Below are positions 19,015 through 29,372 of a DNA stretch of 64,000 nt, piece after piece (within the stretch, counting starts at the first letter, position 1; each line of letters opens with the position of its first letter). The notes beneath the pieces are model-generated. The model was given only the letters and a program-made list of their open reading frames with translations. It did no database searches and was not told the DNA's origin. The stretch is from an uncultured Candidatus Saccharibacteria bacterium (GTDB taxonomy: Bacteria; Patescibacteriota; UBA1384; DTJR01). Where the stretch lies: positions 2,978 through 66,977 of the forward strand of contig CAZOJE010000002.1 of the NCBI GenBank assembly GCA_964580065.1, in the 5' to 3' direction. The translations under genes were made by a program, and so were the position numbers.

Positions 19015-21746
19015 AAAAGCTAAACGTGCCTACAAGCGCTGATAAAGTTTTGATGCGTTTGATGGTGCCGAAAAACAACGAAAAAACGCCGGCGGCGGCG
19101 GAATTGTTTTTTGCCGCCTTGCATGGCGTTTATAATTACTCAAGCCGAATTCAGCCCGAAATGAGCTTTGAAATAGTCTCAATCAACAAGTTTATCCAAT
19201 TTTACTTTTGCGTGCCGAGAGAACTGAAGGAATTTGTTGAAGGCCAGTTTTATGCTCAATATCCAACCGTGGAAATTTCCGCCGCCGATGATTATACCGA
19301 GAAAATTTTTGAAGAAAAATATGCCGTAGGATATGATGTTCAGACAACTAAAGAAGACGTTTATCCGATAAAAACTTTTCAAAGTTTTGAAGTTGACCCT
19401 TTGTCGGGTATCACAAGTGTCTTGAGCCAACTAAGTGCCAATGAAGAAGTTTGGATACAAATTTGTGTTTCGCCGGCTTCCGATCAGTGGCAAAAAAAAG
19501 CGACTAGCTTTGTAAAGGCGATAAAATCCGGCAATGATCCGAACGAACCGATTTGGAAAACAATTCTTGGCGGTTTGGGTACTATTGCTAAAACTGTTAG
19601 CGCTCCGCCGACGCAAACGGCTTCCGCACCAACACAAGTAGATATCAGCGGCCCGGCCGCTTTAGCAATGAGTGGTATTGAAACGAAGTCAACAAAACTC
19701 GGTTTTAAATCAAAGATAAGAGTCATATCTTTGTCGGGCGACTATCATCGCGCCAGAGCTAATGCCGGTTCTGTTGCAGGTGTTTTGAAGCAATTCACTC
19801 AAACGAATATGAACGGTTTTATACAGGGCAATATTGTTGAGGGTGCGCCAGTGGTAGATCTTTATAAACAAAGAACAGTTGGCTCGACGGGATATATTTT
19901 GAACATAGAGGAGCTGGCAAGCATTTATCATCTTCCGGGCGAAAGTGTTGAAACACCGGCAATGGATTGGGCTGGGAGTAAAAAAGGTGAGCCGCCGATG
20001 AATTTGCCGCTGATAAATGATTTGCATGATTCGCAGGATACGACTATTGTCGGAAAAACAGATTTCCGAAATGAGGAAAGAAATTTTGGTATTAAAATCA
20101 AAGATAGGGCTTTGCATGTGTATGTTTTGGGAAAAACCGGTACTGGTAAGTCAACCCTTTTAAGCAATCTGATTATCGACGATATTATAAAGGGCCGCGG
20201 CGTTGCCGTTGTCGATCCGCACGGTGATTTGATCAATGACGTTATGGAATATATTCCCGAAAGCCGAATCAACGACGTGGTCTATTTTTCACCGGCTGAT
20301 CGTGATTATCCCATCGGCTTCAATCTGCTAGAAAGTGTTGATCCCGAATATAAAAACATTGTTGCTTCAGGCATTGTGGGGATTTTTAAAAAAATATTTG
20401 GCGAATCGTGGGGACCGCGTTTGGAATATATTTTGCGCAACGTTGTTCTTGGACTTCTTGATTATCCGGGCGCAACGATGTTGAGCATTATCAAAGTCCT
20501 GACCGATACAAAATTTAGAAGGGGAGTAATTGAAAAAATTAGCGATCCGGTTATTAAGGACTTCTTTCTTAATGAATATGAAAAGTATGATCAAAAATTT
20601 AGAACAGAAGCCGTAGCGCCGATTCAAAATAAAGTCGGACAGTTTCTTTCGTCTACAATTATTAGAAATATTGTTGGACAGGAGGAAAGCACGATTGATA
20701 TTCGTAAATTAATGGACGAACAGAAAATTCTGCTTGTCGATTTGTCCATGGGTAAAATCGGTGAAGATAACAGCGCACTTTTGGGCTCAATGTTAATCAC
20801 AAAAATTCAAATGGCGGCAATGAGTCGAGCTGATATGCCCAAACAATTGCGTGTGCCGTTCTATCTATACGTTGATGAGTTTCAAAATTTTGCGACAGAT
20901 TCCTTTGCAGTTATTTTATCTGAAGCAAGAAAATATGGCTTGAGCTTAATGATGGCTAACCAGTACATTGCCCAAATGCCGGAAAATGTGGCTAATGCAG
21001 TCTTCGGCAACGTTGGAACAATTATCGCTTTTCGAGTGGGCGCCCAAGATGCCGAGGGATTACAAAGAGAATTTATGCCGGTATTTGAAGCTAATGATTT
21101 AATTAATCAGGATAATTACAATATTTATATTAAAATGGCAATTGACGGGATTACCAGTTCGCCGTTTTCGTCTAAGACAATTTTGCCGATTTACGAAAAA
21201 ACCGACAATATTGCCAACATTACCGAGCAATCACGCATTAAATATTCTAAACCTCGCGAAGAAGTAGAAAAGCAAATCAGGGATAAAACGGAAAACATCC
21301 AAACGCCTACGGAAATTTTGGGGAGCAAAAAGGACGAAAATCCAATTGTTAAAGAAGATAATAAGACAAGTCCAGATACGAGCGTGAAAGAAGACAAAAC
21401 AGAAGATGCTAAAAATGGATTATTCGTCAGCGATATGAACGATAAACGAGAAGATCAGCATGAAAAAGACACAGAAGAGAGTGGGGAACAGAGCCAGGAT
21501 AACGACGCTGATATTCCTGAAGAATTAAAGAATGCTAAAACAGCCGAGGATTATGAAATCAACAAATGGTATTTTCTAACGCGAACGGGTTTTAGAAAAG
21601 TAATTGGCAGAGAAGAAGAACAAGCGCCAAAACGAGCAGAGGAAATGGAAACGAATAAAAATGAGCCGGCAAACACTGCAAGTGTGGGAGCGACGATAGG
21701 GCAAAGTAGCTCGTCTGACACACAAGAAATACCCGAAGCACAATAA
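19011..21746 (+). CDS. VirD4/TraG/HerA-like P-loop ATPase without TM helix, with acidic tail (paralog B)
   Basis: Walker A GKTGTGKS, VDPHGD, YVDEFQNF and SEARKY. ATGA overlap with paralog A; about 150-aa low-complexity acidic C-terminus. Confidence 0.88.
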   Translation: MKKLNVPTSADKVLMRLMVPKNNEKTPAAAELFFAALHGVYNYSSRIQPEMSFEIVSINKFIQFYFCVPRELKEFVEGQFYAQYPTVEISAADDYTEKIFEEKYAVGYDVQTTKEDVYPIKTFQSFEVDPLSGITSVLSQLSANEEVWIQICVSPASDQWQKKATSFVKAIKSGNDPNEPIWKTILGGLGTIAKTVSAPPTQTASAPTQVDISGPAALAMSGIETKSTKLGFKSKIRVISLSGDYHRARANAGSVAGVLKQFTQTNMNGFIQGNIVEGAPVVDLYKQRTVGSTGYILNIEELASIYHLPGESVETPAMDWAGSKKGEPPMNLPLINDLHDSQDTTIVGKTDFRNEERNFGIKIKDRALHVYVLGKTGTGKSTLLSNLIIDDIIKGRGVAVVDPHGDLINDVMEYIPESRINDVVYFSPADRDYPIGFNLLESVDPEYKNIVASGIVGIFKKIFGESWGPRLEYILRNVVLGLLDYPGATMLSIIKVLTDTKFRRGVIEKISDPVIKDFFLNEYEKYDQKFRTEAVAPIQNKVGQFLSSTIIRNIVGQEESTIDIRKLMDEQKILLVDLSMGKIGEDNSALLGSMLITKIQMAAMSRADMPKQLRVPFYLYVDEFQNFATDSFAVILSEARKYGLSLMMANQYIAQMPENVANAVFGNVGTIIAFRVGAQDAEGLQREFMPVFEANDLINQDNYNIYIKMAIDGITSSPFSSKTILPIYEKTDNIANITEQSRIKYSKPREEVEKQIRDKTENIQTPTEILGSKKDENPIVKEDNKTSPDTSVKEDKTEDAKNGLFVSDMNDKREDQHEKDTEESGEQSQDNDADIPEELKNAKTAEDYEINKWYFLTRTGFRKVIGREEEQAPKRAEEMETNKNEPANTASVGATIGQSSSSDTQEIPEAQ

Positions 21747-22109
21747 TATTGTGCGACATGCAATATTGATCTAAAAATATGCCATCTAATAGGATAAAAT
21801 TTTAGTATTATTACGAATTGATCTTATGGGCGTAAAAGAGGATTAAAATAGAAAAATAAATCCTAAATTAGGAGATTGATTATGGCTCCTCTGAATAAGG
21901 GAGAGCCGGGGGAGGGGTTGAAAAAGCGGTTTTTATTTAATTAGTATGCCGGTGAGGAAGCGGCAAGGTGATATATTTGTGTGTGAGAAATTTTTAGAGA
22001 AACGTTTTCAATTAATTTAGAGTTTTATCTGCAAAATGTATTTATACAAGTATCGAGCAGATTGAGTGTCATTGTAGTGAAAAAAATAGAATATAACGCT
22101 TCGTACTCT

Positions 22110-22137
22110 ACGTCGAACAATATATCTTTTGCGACAT
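22110..22137. other. Putative dif (Xer recombination) site at the replication terminus
   Basis: ACGTCGAACAA-TATATC-TTTTGCGACAT: 11-6-11 imperfect inverted repeat (8/11 match, extends to 22108-22139). It lies where gene orientation converges and local composition switches from purine-rich to T-rich. Confidence 0.65.
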
Positions 22138-22547
22138 AGGGCTGACAAAAAATGCATATTAATTTTTCTTTTGCTCTATTTTTAATCATTTGATTTTTAA
22201 ATAAATATTAATTTAACAATTTCTATCTATTTATCTTTATTTAGTGATTTAATCCTTCATATATACCCTAGGTGTTTGCTCTGGTTTTTACAGGGTAAAC
22301 TTTAAAACAGAATTTATTTTTATTATTTAAATTTTTTAAAAAAGATAAATTTGGTATGCAAAAATATTACGATTTGTTGCATTTGGCGGCCATTTTACAC
22401 CTGTTTTAGCCGCTAGAATCGTCCAGAATCGATTTTTATTTTTTAAATGAGTATTTCTTCGTCTACACTTAAAATTTCACAAAAGATCTCCCCCGCTTTT
22501 AAAATTGCGGTGGGGTATTAACAAGTAGTATCTATTTTGAGTACTTT

Positions 22548-23453
22548 TTAAACTTTAACGCGCTTGTTGTCTTTATTTTTATATTCAAACCACATTACAA
22601 GGGCCGGTGCGGCAATAAATATCGAACTATAAGTTCCAATACCAATACCAATGGCTAGCATTAGAATGAACGGCTTGATAGTTGATCCGCCCAATATAAG
22701 CATGGCAATTAAAATTAAAATAGCGGTTAAGGAAGTGTTAAGCGATCTTGCAAGGGTCTGGTTAATACTGGAATTGGCGTTTTGCGAGAATGATCTTTGA
22801 GGATTTTTGATGATGTTTTCTCTTATACGATCAAATACAACAATAGTATCGTGCACCGAAAAACCTAGGATCGTTAGAGATGCCACAAGAAAATTGCTGT
22901 CTAGCTCGTAGCCAAAGATTCTTCCTATGATCGAATAAATGGCCACAGTTGAGCATAAATCATGCAGAAGCGTTACAATAGCGATTGTACCAAAGGCCCA
23001 TGAAGAAACCGATCTGGGAACCTCTCTGAACGAGTAAGCCAAATACATGATGATTAAAACGGCGGCCAGCAAAAAGCCATAGATACCTCTCCTAGTTGTG
23101 TTGGCCGAGACAATCGTGCCGATATTTTCACGTCGTACAATTTCAATATCGGGAAGCTTGGATTTTAATTCCTCCTCAAATTTTTTTGACTTTTCGTTAT
23201 CGGCAATATTGACTCTGACGATGAATTGATTAGAGCCAGATTGCTGAATTTGAACATTTTTCTCTTCTAGCTCTTTGACCTTTTCCCTCAAAACACTGAC
23301 ATCCATTTGCTCTTTGGGTTTGAATTCAACAAGTGTGCCGCCGGTGAAATCAATCCCTGATGGTAAGCGGAAAAAAATAATAGTTGGAATGCTGACTACA
23401 ACCATTGCTAGTGAAAAAATAAGCCAAAATTTACGAAATTTAATAATATTCAT
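22548..23453 (-). CDS. secF: Protein translocase subunit SecF
   Basis: GIDFTGGT, GFSVHDTIVVFDRIREN and GTYSSIFIA motifs. Confidence 0.97.
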   Translation of the reverse strand: MNIIKFRKFWLIFSLAMVVVSIPTIIFFRLPSGIDFTGGTLVEFKPKEQMDVSVLREKVKELEEKNVQIQQSGSNQFIVRVNIADNEKSKKFEEELKSKLPDIEIVRRENIGTIVSANTTRRGIYGFLLAAVLIIMYLAYSFREVPRSVSSWAFGTIAIVTLLHDLCSTVAIYSIIGRIFGYELDSNFLVASLTILGFSVHDTIVVFDRIRENIIKNPQRSFSQNANSSINQTLARSLNTSLTAILILIAMLILGGSTIKPFILMLAIGIGIGTYSSIFIAAPALVMWFEYKNKDNKRVKV

Positions 23454-23455
23454 TG

Positions 23456-24688
23456 TTATTTATTTTTTACAAATATCCTTAAAATGTTTCTAGTAACGTT
23501 AATTGAGGTGAACAGCGAAACGATAATACCCAGTCCGAGAGTTACGGCAAAACCTTTAACCGTTCCAGATCCGATATAAAATAGAACTGAAGCGGTAATC
23601 AACGAAGCGATATTGGAGTCTCTAATACTTGGCCAGCTGCGCGAAAAACCATTTTCCAAAGCTTGCGTTGGCACTATCCCCTTCTTTAACTCCTCATAAT
23701 ATCTTTCATAAATGAGAATATTGGCATCTACGGCAATACCGATGGAAAAAATGAAACCAGCAATACCGGAAAGAGTTAGGGTTACTGGAATGAGTTTATA
23801 CAAAGAAACGACAATTATGGTATAAATTCCGAGCGCGGCAGTGGCGGCGACACCTAGCCATTTGTAGTAACTAATCATAAAGATTGCGACCAAAACAAAG
23901 CCAATCAAACCGGCGACGAGACTTTTTTCGATGGCGTCTTGACCCAAAGTTGAACCAATTTGGCTTTCTTGGACAAGTTTAATTGGCGCGGGCAGAGCCC
24001 CTTCGTTAATTAGCTTTGTAGTGTCCTTGGCCTCTTTTAGGGTGTCGATGCCGCTAATTTGGGCTTTGCCGCCAGTGATTTCGGTTTGGACGGTAGCTTG
24101 GTTGATAATTTGGTCATCGAGCTTGGTTATGAGGGCTTTTCCGACATTTCTTTTAGTGATTTCGGCAAATTTTTTGGCGCCTTCTTCAGTAAATTCAAGA
24201 TAAATAATTGGCGAAGTACCAAAGCTTTGGCTGTTTTGATCAGTCCCCGCTTGAGCACTTTTCACATCTGATCCAACCAGATTGGTTTCAATTTCTTTTT
24301 GATTTTCGTCTAATTCGAAAAATTTCAGCTGGGCGGTCTTCCCTATCAGCTTTTTTGCTTCTTCAACATCTGAAATTCCCGGTAATTCCACTAAAACGCC
24401 GTAGCTCTCCCCTATCCTACGGGCTTGGACTATTGGTTCGCTGACACCAAGGTCATTAACTCTCCTATCAATTAAATCAATTGTTTCAGACTGGGCGCTT
24501 TCCGGTGATTTACCGTTTAATTGAGACGAGTCGATCTCATATAGTAGTTGTACCCCTCCTTGTAAATCGAGGCCAAGGTGTGTTTTTGTCTGTTTGCCAA
24601 AATAATTTGGGCCGTTAGGAATAACGATGCTGATTCCAAAAGCCGTTATCGCGATTATTAAAATTAAAGAAACAAAATTATTTCTCAT
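23456..24688 (-). CDS. secD: Protein translocase subunit SecD
   Basis: LGLDLQGG, GALPAP and GIAVDANILIYER motifs; ATG at 24688 preferred as start. Confidence 0.96.
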   Translation of the reverse strand: MRNNFVSLILIIAITAFGISIVIPNGPNYFGKQTKTHLGLDLQGGVQLLYEIDSSQLNGKSPESAQSETIDLIDRRVNDLGVSEPIVQARRIGESYGVLVELPGISDVEEAKKLIGKTAQLKFFELDENQKEIETNLVGSDVKSAQAGTDQNSQSFGTSPIIYLEFTEEGAKKFAEITKRNVGKALITKLDDQIINQATVQTEITGGKAQISGIDTLKEAKDTTKLINEGALPAPIKLVQESQIGSTLGQDAIEKSLVAGLIGFVLVAIFMISYYKWLGVAATAALGIYTIIVVSLYKLIPVTLTLSGIAGFIFSIGIAVDANILIYERYYEELKKGIVPTQALENGFSRSWPSIRDSNIASLITASVLFYIGSGTVKGFAVTLGLGIIVSLFTSINVTRNILRIFVKNK

Positions 24689-24801
24689 ACTAAAAGAGAT
24701 TGAAACACAGCCCGACAATCATGTCAAATAAAAAATTCATTTTTGTTAGCATACTCAAACATTGTGCTTTATAAACGGCCTTCGATTAGAAAAAAGCAGT
24801 T

Positions 24802-25710
24802 TTAGATGTTTTCGAGATAACTATTTATGGCGATGGCCGCCTTCGCTCCTTCACCGCATGCGACGACTGTTTGTTTGGCTGTAATATTTGTGACGTCGCC
24901 GGCGGCGTATATCCCCTTTTTCGATGTTTCATTGTTGGCTTTTATGACAATCTCGCCGGCTTTATTTTTTTCTAAATCTTCGAAAATATCAGAATTGGCA
25001 ATCTGGCCAATTTCCACAAAAGCCATTTGTGCTTTAAGTGTTTGAATTTCTTTTGACTTTACATTTTCTATTTCAACTGATTCTAAAACACCATTTTTTT
25101 CGTTTAGCGCTTTTGTTTTTGAATTAAAAACCACTTTTATTGACTTGCTCTGCCTGACTTTTTCAACTGTCACTTTCTCGCAAAATAAACAATCGTCTAG
25201 CACAATCATCGTAACGGAATCAGCAATTTTCTCTAAGATCAAAGCGGCTTCGGTTGCGGCATAGCCACCCCCAATAACCACCACATCCTTGCCTTTTGCA
25301 AATGCGCCATCGCATGTCGCACAATAACTTATGCCTCGGCCAATTAGCTTTTCTTCGTTGTCTAAATCAAGTTTTCTGTGACGGCGGCCGCTGGTGATTA
25401 AAATCGTTTTAGCTTCGACACTTTCCTCGCCAAATGCCATCTTAAAACCATTGGCTATTTTTTCTATATTCCGAACTCCCGCTCCAGTTTTTTTCTCAAC
25501 TGAAAAATTTTCAGTTTGTTCAACCATTTTACTGATTAGTTCGAATCCGTTGATAGACTTGTATCCGGGAAAATTCTCGATTGTTCCGGAAATAGCTGTT
25601 TGTCCGCCAATGTTTTCCGTCAAGATGATTGGTTTTCTTTTAAATCTTGCCAAATAAATTGCCGCTGTTAATCCGGCTGGTCCGCCGCCAATAATTGCTG
25701 TGTCGTACAT
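24802..25710 (-). CDS. trxB: Thioredoxin reductase family FAD oxidoreductase
   Basis: IIGGGPAGLTAA, GISYCATCDG and GIYAAGDVT motifs. Confidence 0.9.
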   Translation of the reverse strand: MYDTAIIGGGPAGLTAAIYLARFKRKPIILTENIGGQTAISGTIENFPGYKSINGFELISKMVEQTENFSVEKKTGAGVRNIEKIANGFKMAFGEESVEAKTILITSGRRHRKLDLDNEEKLIGRGISYCATCDGAFAKGKDVVVIGGGYAATEAALILEKIADSVTMIVLDDCLFCEKVTVEKVRQSKSIKVVFNSKTKALNEKNGVLESVEIENVKSKEIQTLKAQMAFVEIGQIANSDIFEDLEKNKAGEIVIKANNETSKKGIYAAGDVTNITAKQTVVACGEGAKAAIAINSYLENI

Positions 25711-26774
25711 TATTTTCTCCCCATTATTTCACCTAAAAGAATAGCTTGTTCAATTAATCTGTTAGAGTATCCCCATTCGTTGTCATACCATGCGACAACT
25801 TTAATCAAATTTCCATCGACAACCTGTGTTAGAGAAAGATCAATAATTGATGAATGTGGGTTGCCGATAATATCACTGGAAACAATTGGATCAGACGTAT
25901 AAGTCATAATATTTTCCCAGCGAGAGCTTTCACATTCTTTTATGAGAACATCGTTTATTTGTTCCACTGTCGCTTCTTTCTCGATAAGCATAGTGATATC
26001 AGAGATTGAGCCGACCGGTACGGGAACCCTAATTGAAAGACCGTCAAATTTTCCTTCAAGATCCGGAACAGTTTTGGTGGCGGCAATGGCGGCGCCGGTT
26101 GTTGTAGGAATTACGTTAATCGAGGCACTTCGAGCCCTTCTTAAATCACGATGTGGACCATCGACAAGCGTTTGGTCGGCGGTAAAAGCGTGAACAGTCG
26201 TCATCATCGATTTTTTAATGCCAAAATGCTTGTTGACAACAGAAATCACCGGAGCAATGCAGTTTGTAGTGCAAGAAGCATTTGAAATAATGTCTTCTTT
26301 TGTCCCGATTTTGTCAGCGTTAACACCCATTACATATGTACCGACATCATCGCTTTTGGCGGGAGCAGAAATAATAACTTTTTTCGCTCCGGCTTTGAGG
26401 TGAGCGCTGGCACTTTGTTTGTCAGTGAAACGTCCAGTTGATTCAACAACAATATCTATACCTAATTTTTTCCATGGCAATTTAGCGGGGTCCGGCTCGG
26501 ATATAACGCCGATTATATCGGAGTCAACTTTAATTTCGCCCCTGAAGATTGAATTTGAAGATTTATCGGACCAGCCAATTTTATTCGGTAAAACTCCATA
26601 AGCGGAATCATACTTAAAAAGATGAGCTAGAGTTTTGGGGTCGGTTAAATCATTAACCGCAACCAATTCTACTTTATCTTTTGAGATTTCACCGTTTTCA
26701 AATTTATCTAATAGCGCCCTTGCGGTTTGTCGTCCAATGCGGCCAAAACCATTTATTGCAATTTTTATTGCCAT
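25710..26774 (-). CDS. gap: Type I glyceraldehyde-3-phosphate dehydrogenase
   Basis: INGFGRIGR, SNASCTTNC and WYDNEWGYS motifs. Confidence 0.98.
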   Translation of the reverse strand: MAIKIAINGFGRIGRQTARALLDKFENGEISKDKVELVAVNDLTDPKTLAHLFKYDSAYGVLPNKIGWSDKSSNSIFRGEIKVDSDIIGVISEPDPAKLPWKKLGIDIVVESTGRFTDKQSASAHLKAGAKKVIISAPAKSDDVGTYVMGVNADKIGTKEDIISNASCTTNCIAPVISVVNKHFGIKKSMMTTVHAFTADQTLVDGPHRDLRRARSASINVIPTTTGAAIAATKTVPDLEGKFDGLSIRVPVPVGSISDITMLIEKEATVEQINDVLIKECESSRWENIMTYTSDPIVSSDIIGNPHSSIIDLSLTQVVDGNLIKVVAWYDNEWGYSNRLIEQAILLGEIMGRK

Positions 26775-26786
26775 ATTTTCTCCTTT

Positions 26787-27758
26787 TTAATATACGGGAT
26801 TTTTGGGCTTCATGCCGTGAAGCACGCAAATTATATTTTCAGCGGCACATTCCGACATACATTCCCTTGCTTCATTTGTAGCACTAGCAATGTGCGGGGT
26901 AAAGATTACATTTGGTAAATCTTTGAGGCCATCAACAGGATTTGGTTCAAATTCAAAAACATCTATTCCAGCGGCAAAGATTTCGCCATTTTTAAGCGCT
27001 TCGCAAAGGGCTTTTTCGTCTATGACTGGTCCGCGCGCAGTGTTTACGATGATGGCGGTTTTTTTCATGGCCTTCAATTGCTCGTGTGAAATTAAATGCC
27101 TAGTGCTATCAAGAAGCGGCACATGCAAAGAAATAAAATCCGATCTTTCAAGTAAAGTATTCAAGGAAACATAATCGGCCTGCAGATTTCGTTCGACATC
27201 TTCGTTGTGATTAGGGTCATTATAGAGAATTTTCATGCCAAAGCCATGATAACCAATTTTGGCTAACGCTTGCCCAATTCGGCCAATACCAACGATTCCA
27301 AGGGTTTTTCCCGCTATCTCCGGTCCGAGCAAGAGTTCCGGCTCCCAATGTTCGTATTTACCTTGTCTGACGAATTCGTCACCTTCAACAATGCGTCGGG
27401 CGCAAGCTAAAATTAAAGCCATGGCGTGTTCGGCAACGGCTTGAGTCATTACTTCGGGAGTGTTGGAAACAAAAATATTTCTTGATTTAGCCGCCTCGAT
27501 ATCTATATTGTCATACCCTACGGCATAGTTAGCAATGATCTTTAATTGCGGACCGATCGCATCCATTATTTTGCCGTCAATTTTATCGGTTAAAAGGGTT
27601 AGGATTGCATCACAACCTTTAGCCCTATCGATCAGCTCTTCTCTCGAGAGGATTTTGTCTTCATCGTTCATTTTGACATCAAAACTTTCGTACTTTTGCA
27701 AAAGCTTCAAGCCATTTTCATCGATTTTGCGAGTGATAAATAATTTCTTTTTTTCCAT
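26787..27758 (-). CDS. D-2-hydroxyacid dehydrogenase (glyoxylate reductase / D-glycerate dehydrogenase)
   Basis: AVGYDNID, GIVGIGRIG, NTARGPV, DVFEFEP and TPHIAS motifs. Confidence 0.92.
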   Translation of the reverse strand: MEKKKLFITRKIDENGLKLLQKYESFDVKMNDEDKILSREELIDRAKGCDAILTLLTDKIDGKIMDAIGPQLKIIANYAVGYDNIDIEAAKSRNIFVSNTPEVMTQAVAEHAMALILACARRIVEGDEFVRQGKYEHWEPELLLGPEIAGKTLGIVGIGRIGQALAKIGYHGFGMKILYNDPNHNEDVERNLQADYVSLNTLLERSDFISLHVPLLDSTRHLISHEQLKAMKKTAIIVNTARGPVIDEKALCEALKNGEIFAAGIDVFEFEPNPVDGLKDLPNVIFTPHIASATNEARECMSECAAENIICVLHGMKPKNPVY

Positions 27759-27766
27759 TTCCCTCC

Positions 27767-28729
27767 CTAAATTTTTGTTTCTCGTAAAGACGAGGCACTT
27801 AATAATGCCCGTTCCATTTGATTATTTGAGAGTAAACCATCTGTGGCGCCAACTTTTGAAATAACACTTGACGAGTTAATCATGCCCCACTTTGCTGCGC
27901 TAACAGCATTCTTGTTGTAAATTATTCCACCGACAAAACCGGACGAGAAGCTATCGCCTGCTCCGGTTGGATCAACGGCGGTGCCGGCAAAAATATTCAT
28001 ATGAAATCTATGATCGTCTTGCGATATGTAGGCGCCGCTTGAGCCGCAAGTAATGATATTTATTTTTGCTCCTAATGCTTTCATCTCTTTTAACTGTGAC
28101 GAAATTTCTTTTGGCCCAAAGATCAAGTCCGCTTCATCTCGATTGATAATAAAAATCTCGCACCATTTAACTAGCGGCGCGAAAAGCGGAAATTTTTCTA
28201 ATTCCCAGCTTCCGGGATTAAAAACGATGCGTGCACCGGATTTGGCTGAAGCGATTAATTTATCGATTAAAATTTCCGCTCCCTTAGCGGCAGAGGCAAA
28301 ATATATCCAATCTGTTTTTGGAATTTTTATTTTATTATAATTTCTTTGCTCATGATGCGATAAAATAGTTCTTTCACTATCGTACAAGATGATAAATGCT
28401 TGGTTCGTCTTGCCGTTCACGGCCGAGCCGTTGAGGAGGACCTTATTTTTATGTAAAAAATCCAAAACTTCTTTGCCTTCTTCGTCATTACCTACAATGG
28501 TGGCAATATATGTTTTAATATTCTGTCGGGCGAAACCTATTGCGACATTAAGGGCGCTACCACCAAAATCGCGATTGGTTTCAGAAACTGGGATTTTTTC
28601 TCCGTAGTTGAAGCAAATTTCTTTTTCTCGAGTTCGCTTATTGACGGACAAAGCGGCGTTTTCTTTGTCTATACAAATTATTTGATCAATAGTTGAATCG
28701 CCAATAGTTAAAATAGATTTTTCCTCCAT
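27767..28729 (-). CDS. PfkB family carbohydrate kinase
   Basis: GGSALNVAIG and VDPTGAGDSF motifs. Confidence 0.92.
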   Translation of the reverse strand: MEEKSILTIGDSTIDQIICIDKENAALSVNKRTREKEICFNYGEKIPVSETNRDFGGSALNVAIGFARQNIKTYIATIVGNDEEGKEVLDFLHKNKVLLNGSAVNGKTNQAFIILYDSERTILSHHEQRNYNKIKIPKTDWIYFASAAKGAEILIDKLIASAKSGARIVFNPGSWELEKFPLFAPLVKWCEIFIINRDEADLIFGPKEISSQLKEMKALGAKINIITCGSSGAYISQDDHRFHMNIFAGTAVDPTGAGDSFSSGFVGGIIYNKNAVSAAKWGMINSSSVISKVGATDGLLSNNQMERALLSASSLRETKI

Positions 28730-28802
28730 GCGTTAAATATATCATATCTAGCAGTTTGGTTTAACAACCGGACTTAAAATTTATTCGTTAGTTAGCTGGC
28801 AA

Positions 28803-29372
28803 TTATCCTATTTTTTTATACTTGACCGTGTTGCTGTCGGGATCAAAAAGGCCATACATTCCTAGCCCATCGGGATATTTTTGGAAAGACGGGATCTTTA
28901 TATGGGTCGTGGCGGCATACTTCACTAGACCATATTGAGAGTGTAGATGCCCCGAAAGATGATATTTTGGGGCGTTTGCAAATGGTGTCTCAAGGATATT
29001 TTTTAAAGGCGGACGGTGCGTTAAAAGGATTGTTCCGGCTATATCAGCGCTGTCAAATTCATCGAGAATTTCCCCGTCTGATATTCCAAAAACATAGTCT
29101 TTGCCAATTTTTCTTTTGACTAATTGAGCGGAATGTTTTGAGTCCCAAACGCGTCTCCTGACATTTGCTCCGTCGTTGTTGCCCGTAATCAAAAATGATT
29201 TTGGCACCGATTCAAGACAAGAAAAAAATTTTTCAAGATAATCTAAATCATCTCCTTGGCAAATATCACCACAACAAATCAGCCCGTCCGGTTTTTCAAG
29301 TTTAATAAGCTGTTTCAGTTGTGCTAGACAAGCATTATTACTATGTGTATCGCTTATCAGGATTATTTTCAC
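28803..29372 (-). CDS. Metallophosphoesterase (calcineurin-like)
   Basis: ISDTH, CGDI, GNND, THRPP and GHLH motifs. Confidence 0.88.
   Translation of the reverse strand: MKIILISDTHSNNACLAQLKQLIKLEKPDGLICCGDICQGDDLDYLEKFFSCLESVPKSFLITGNNDGANVRRRVWDSKHSAQLVKRKIGKDYVFGISDGEILDEFDSADIAGTILLTHRPPLKNILETPFANAPKYHLSGHLHSQYGLVKYAATTHIKIPSFQKYPDGLGMYGLFDPDSNTVKYKKIG

Noticed and set aside
16534-21746. ICE or conjugative element
   Set aside because: No relaxase, integrase, VirB genes or compositional anomaly.
21747-22547. AT-rich gap interpreted as oriC
   Set aside because: Flanking genes converge rather than diverge, and I saw no TTATCCACA DnaA boxes or dnaA; a terminus fits better.
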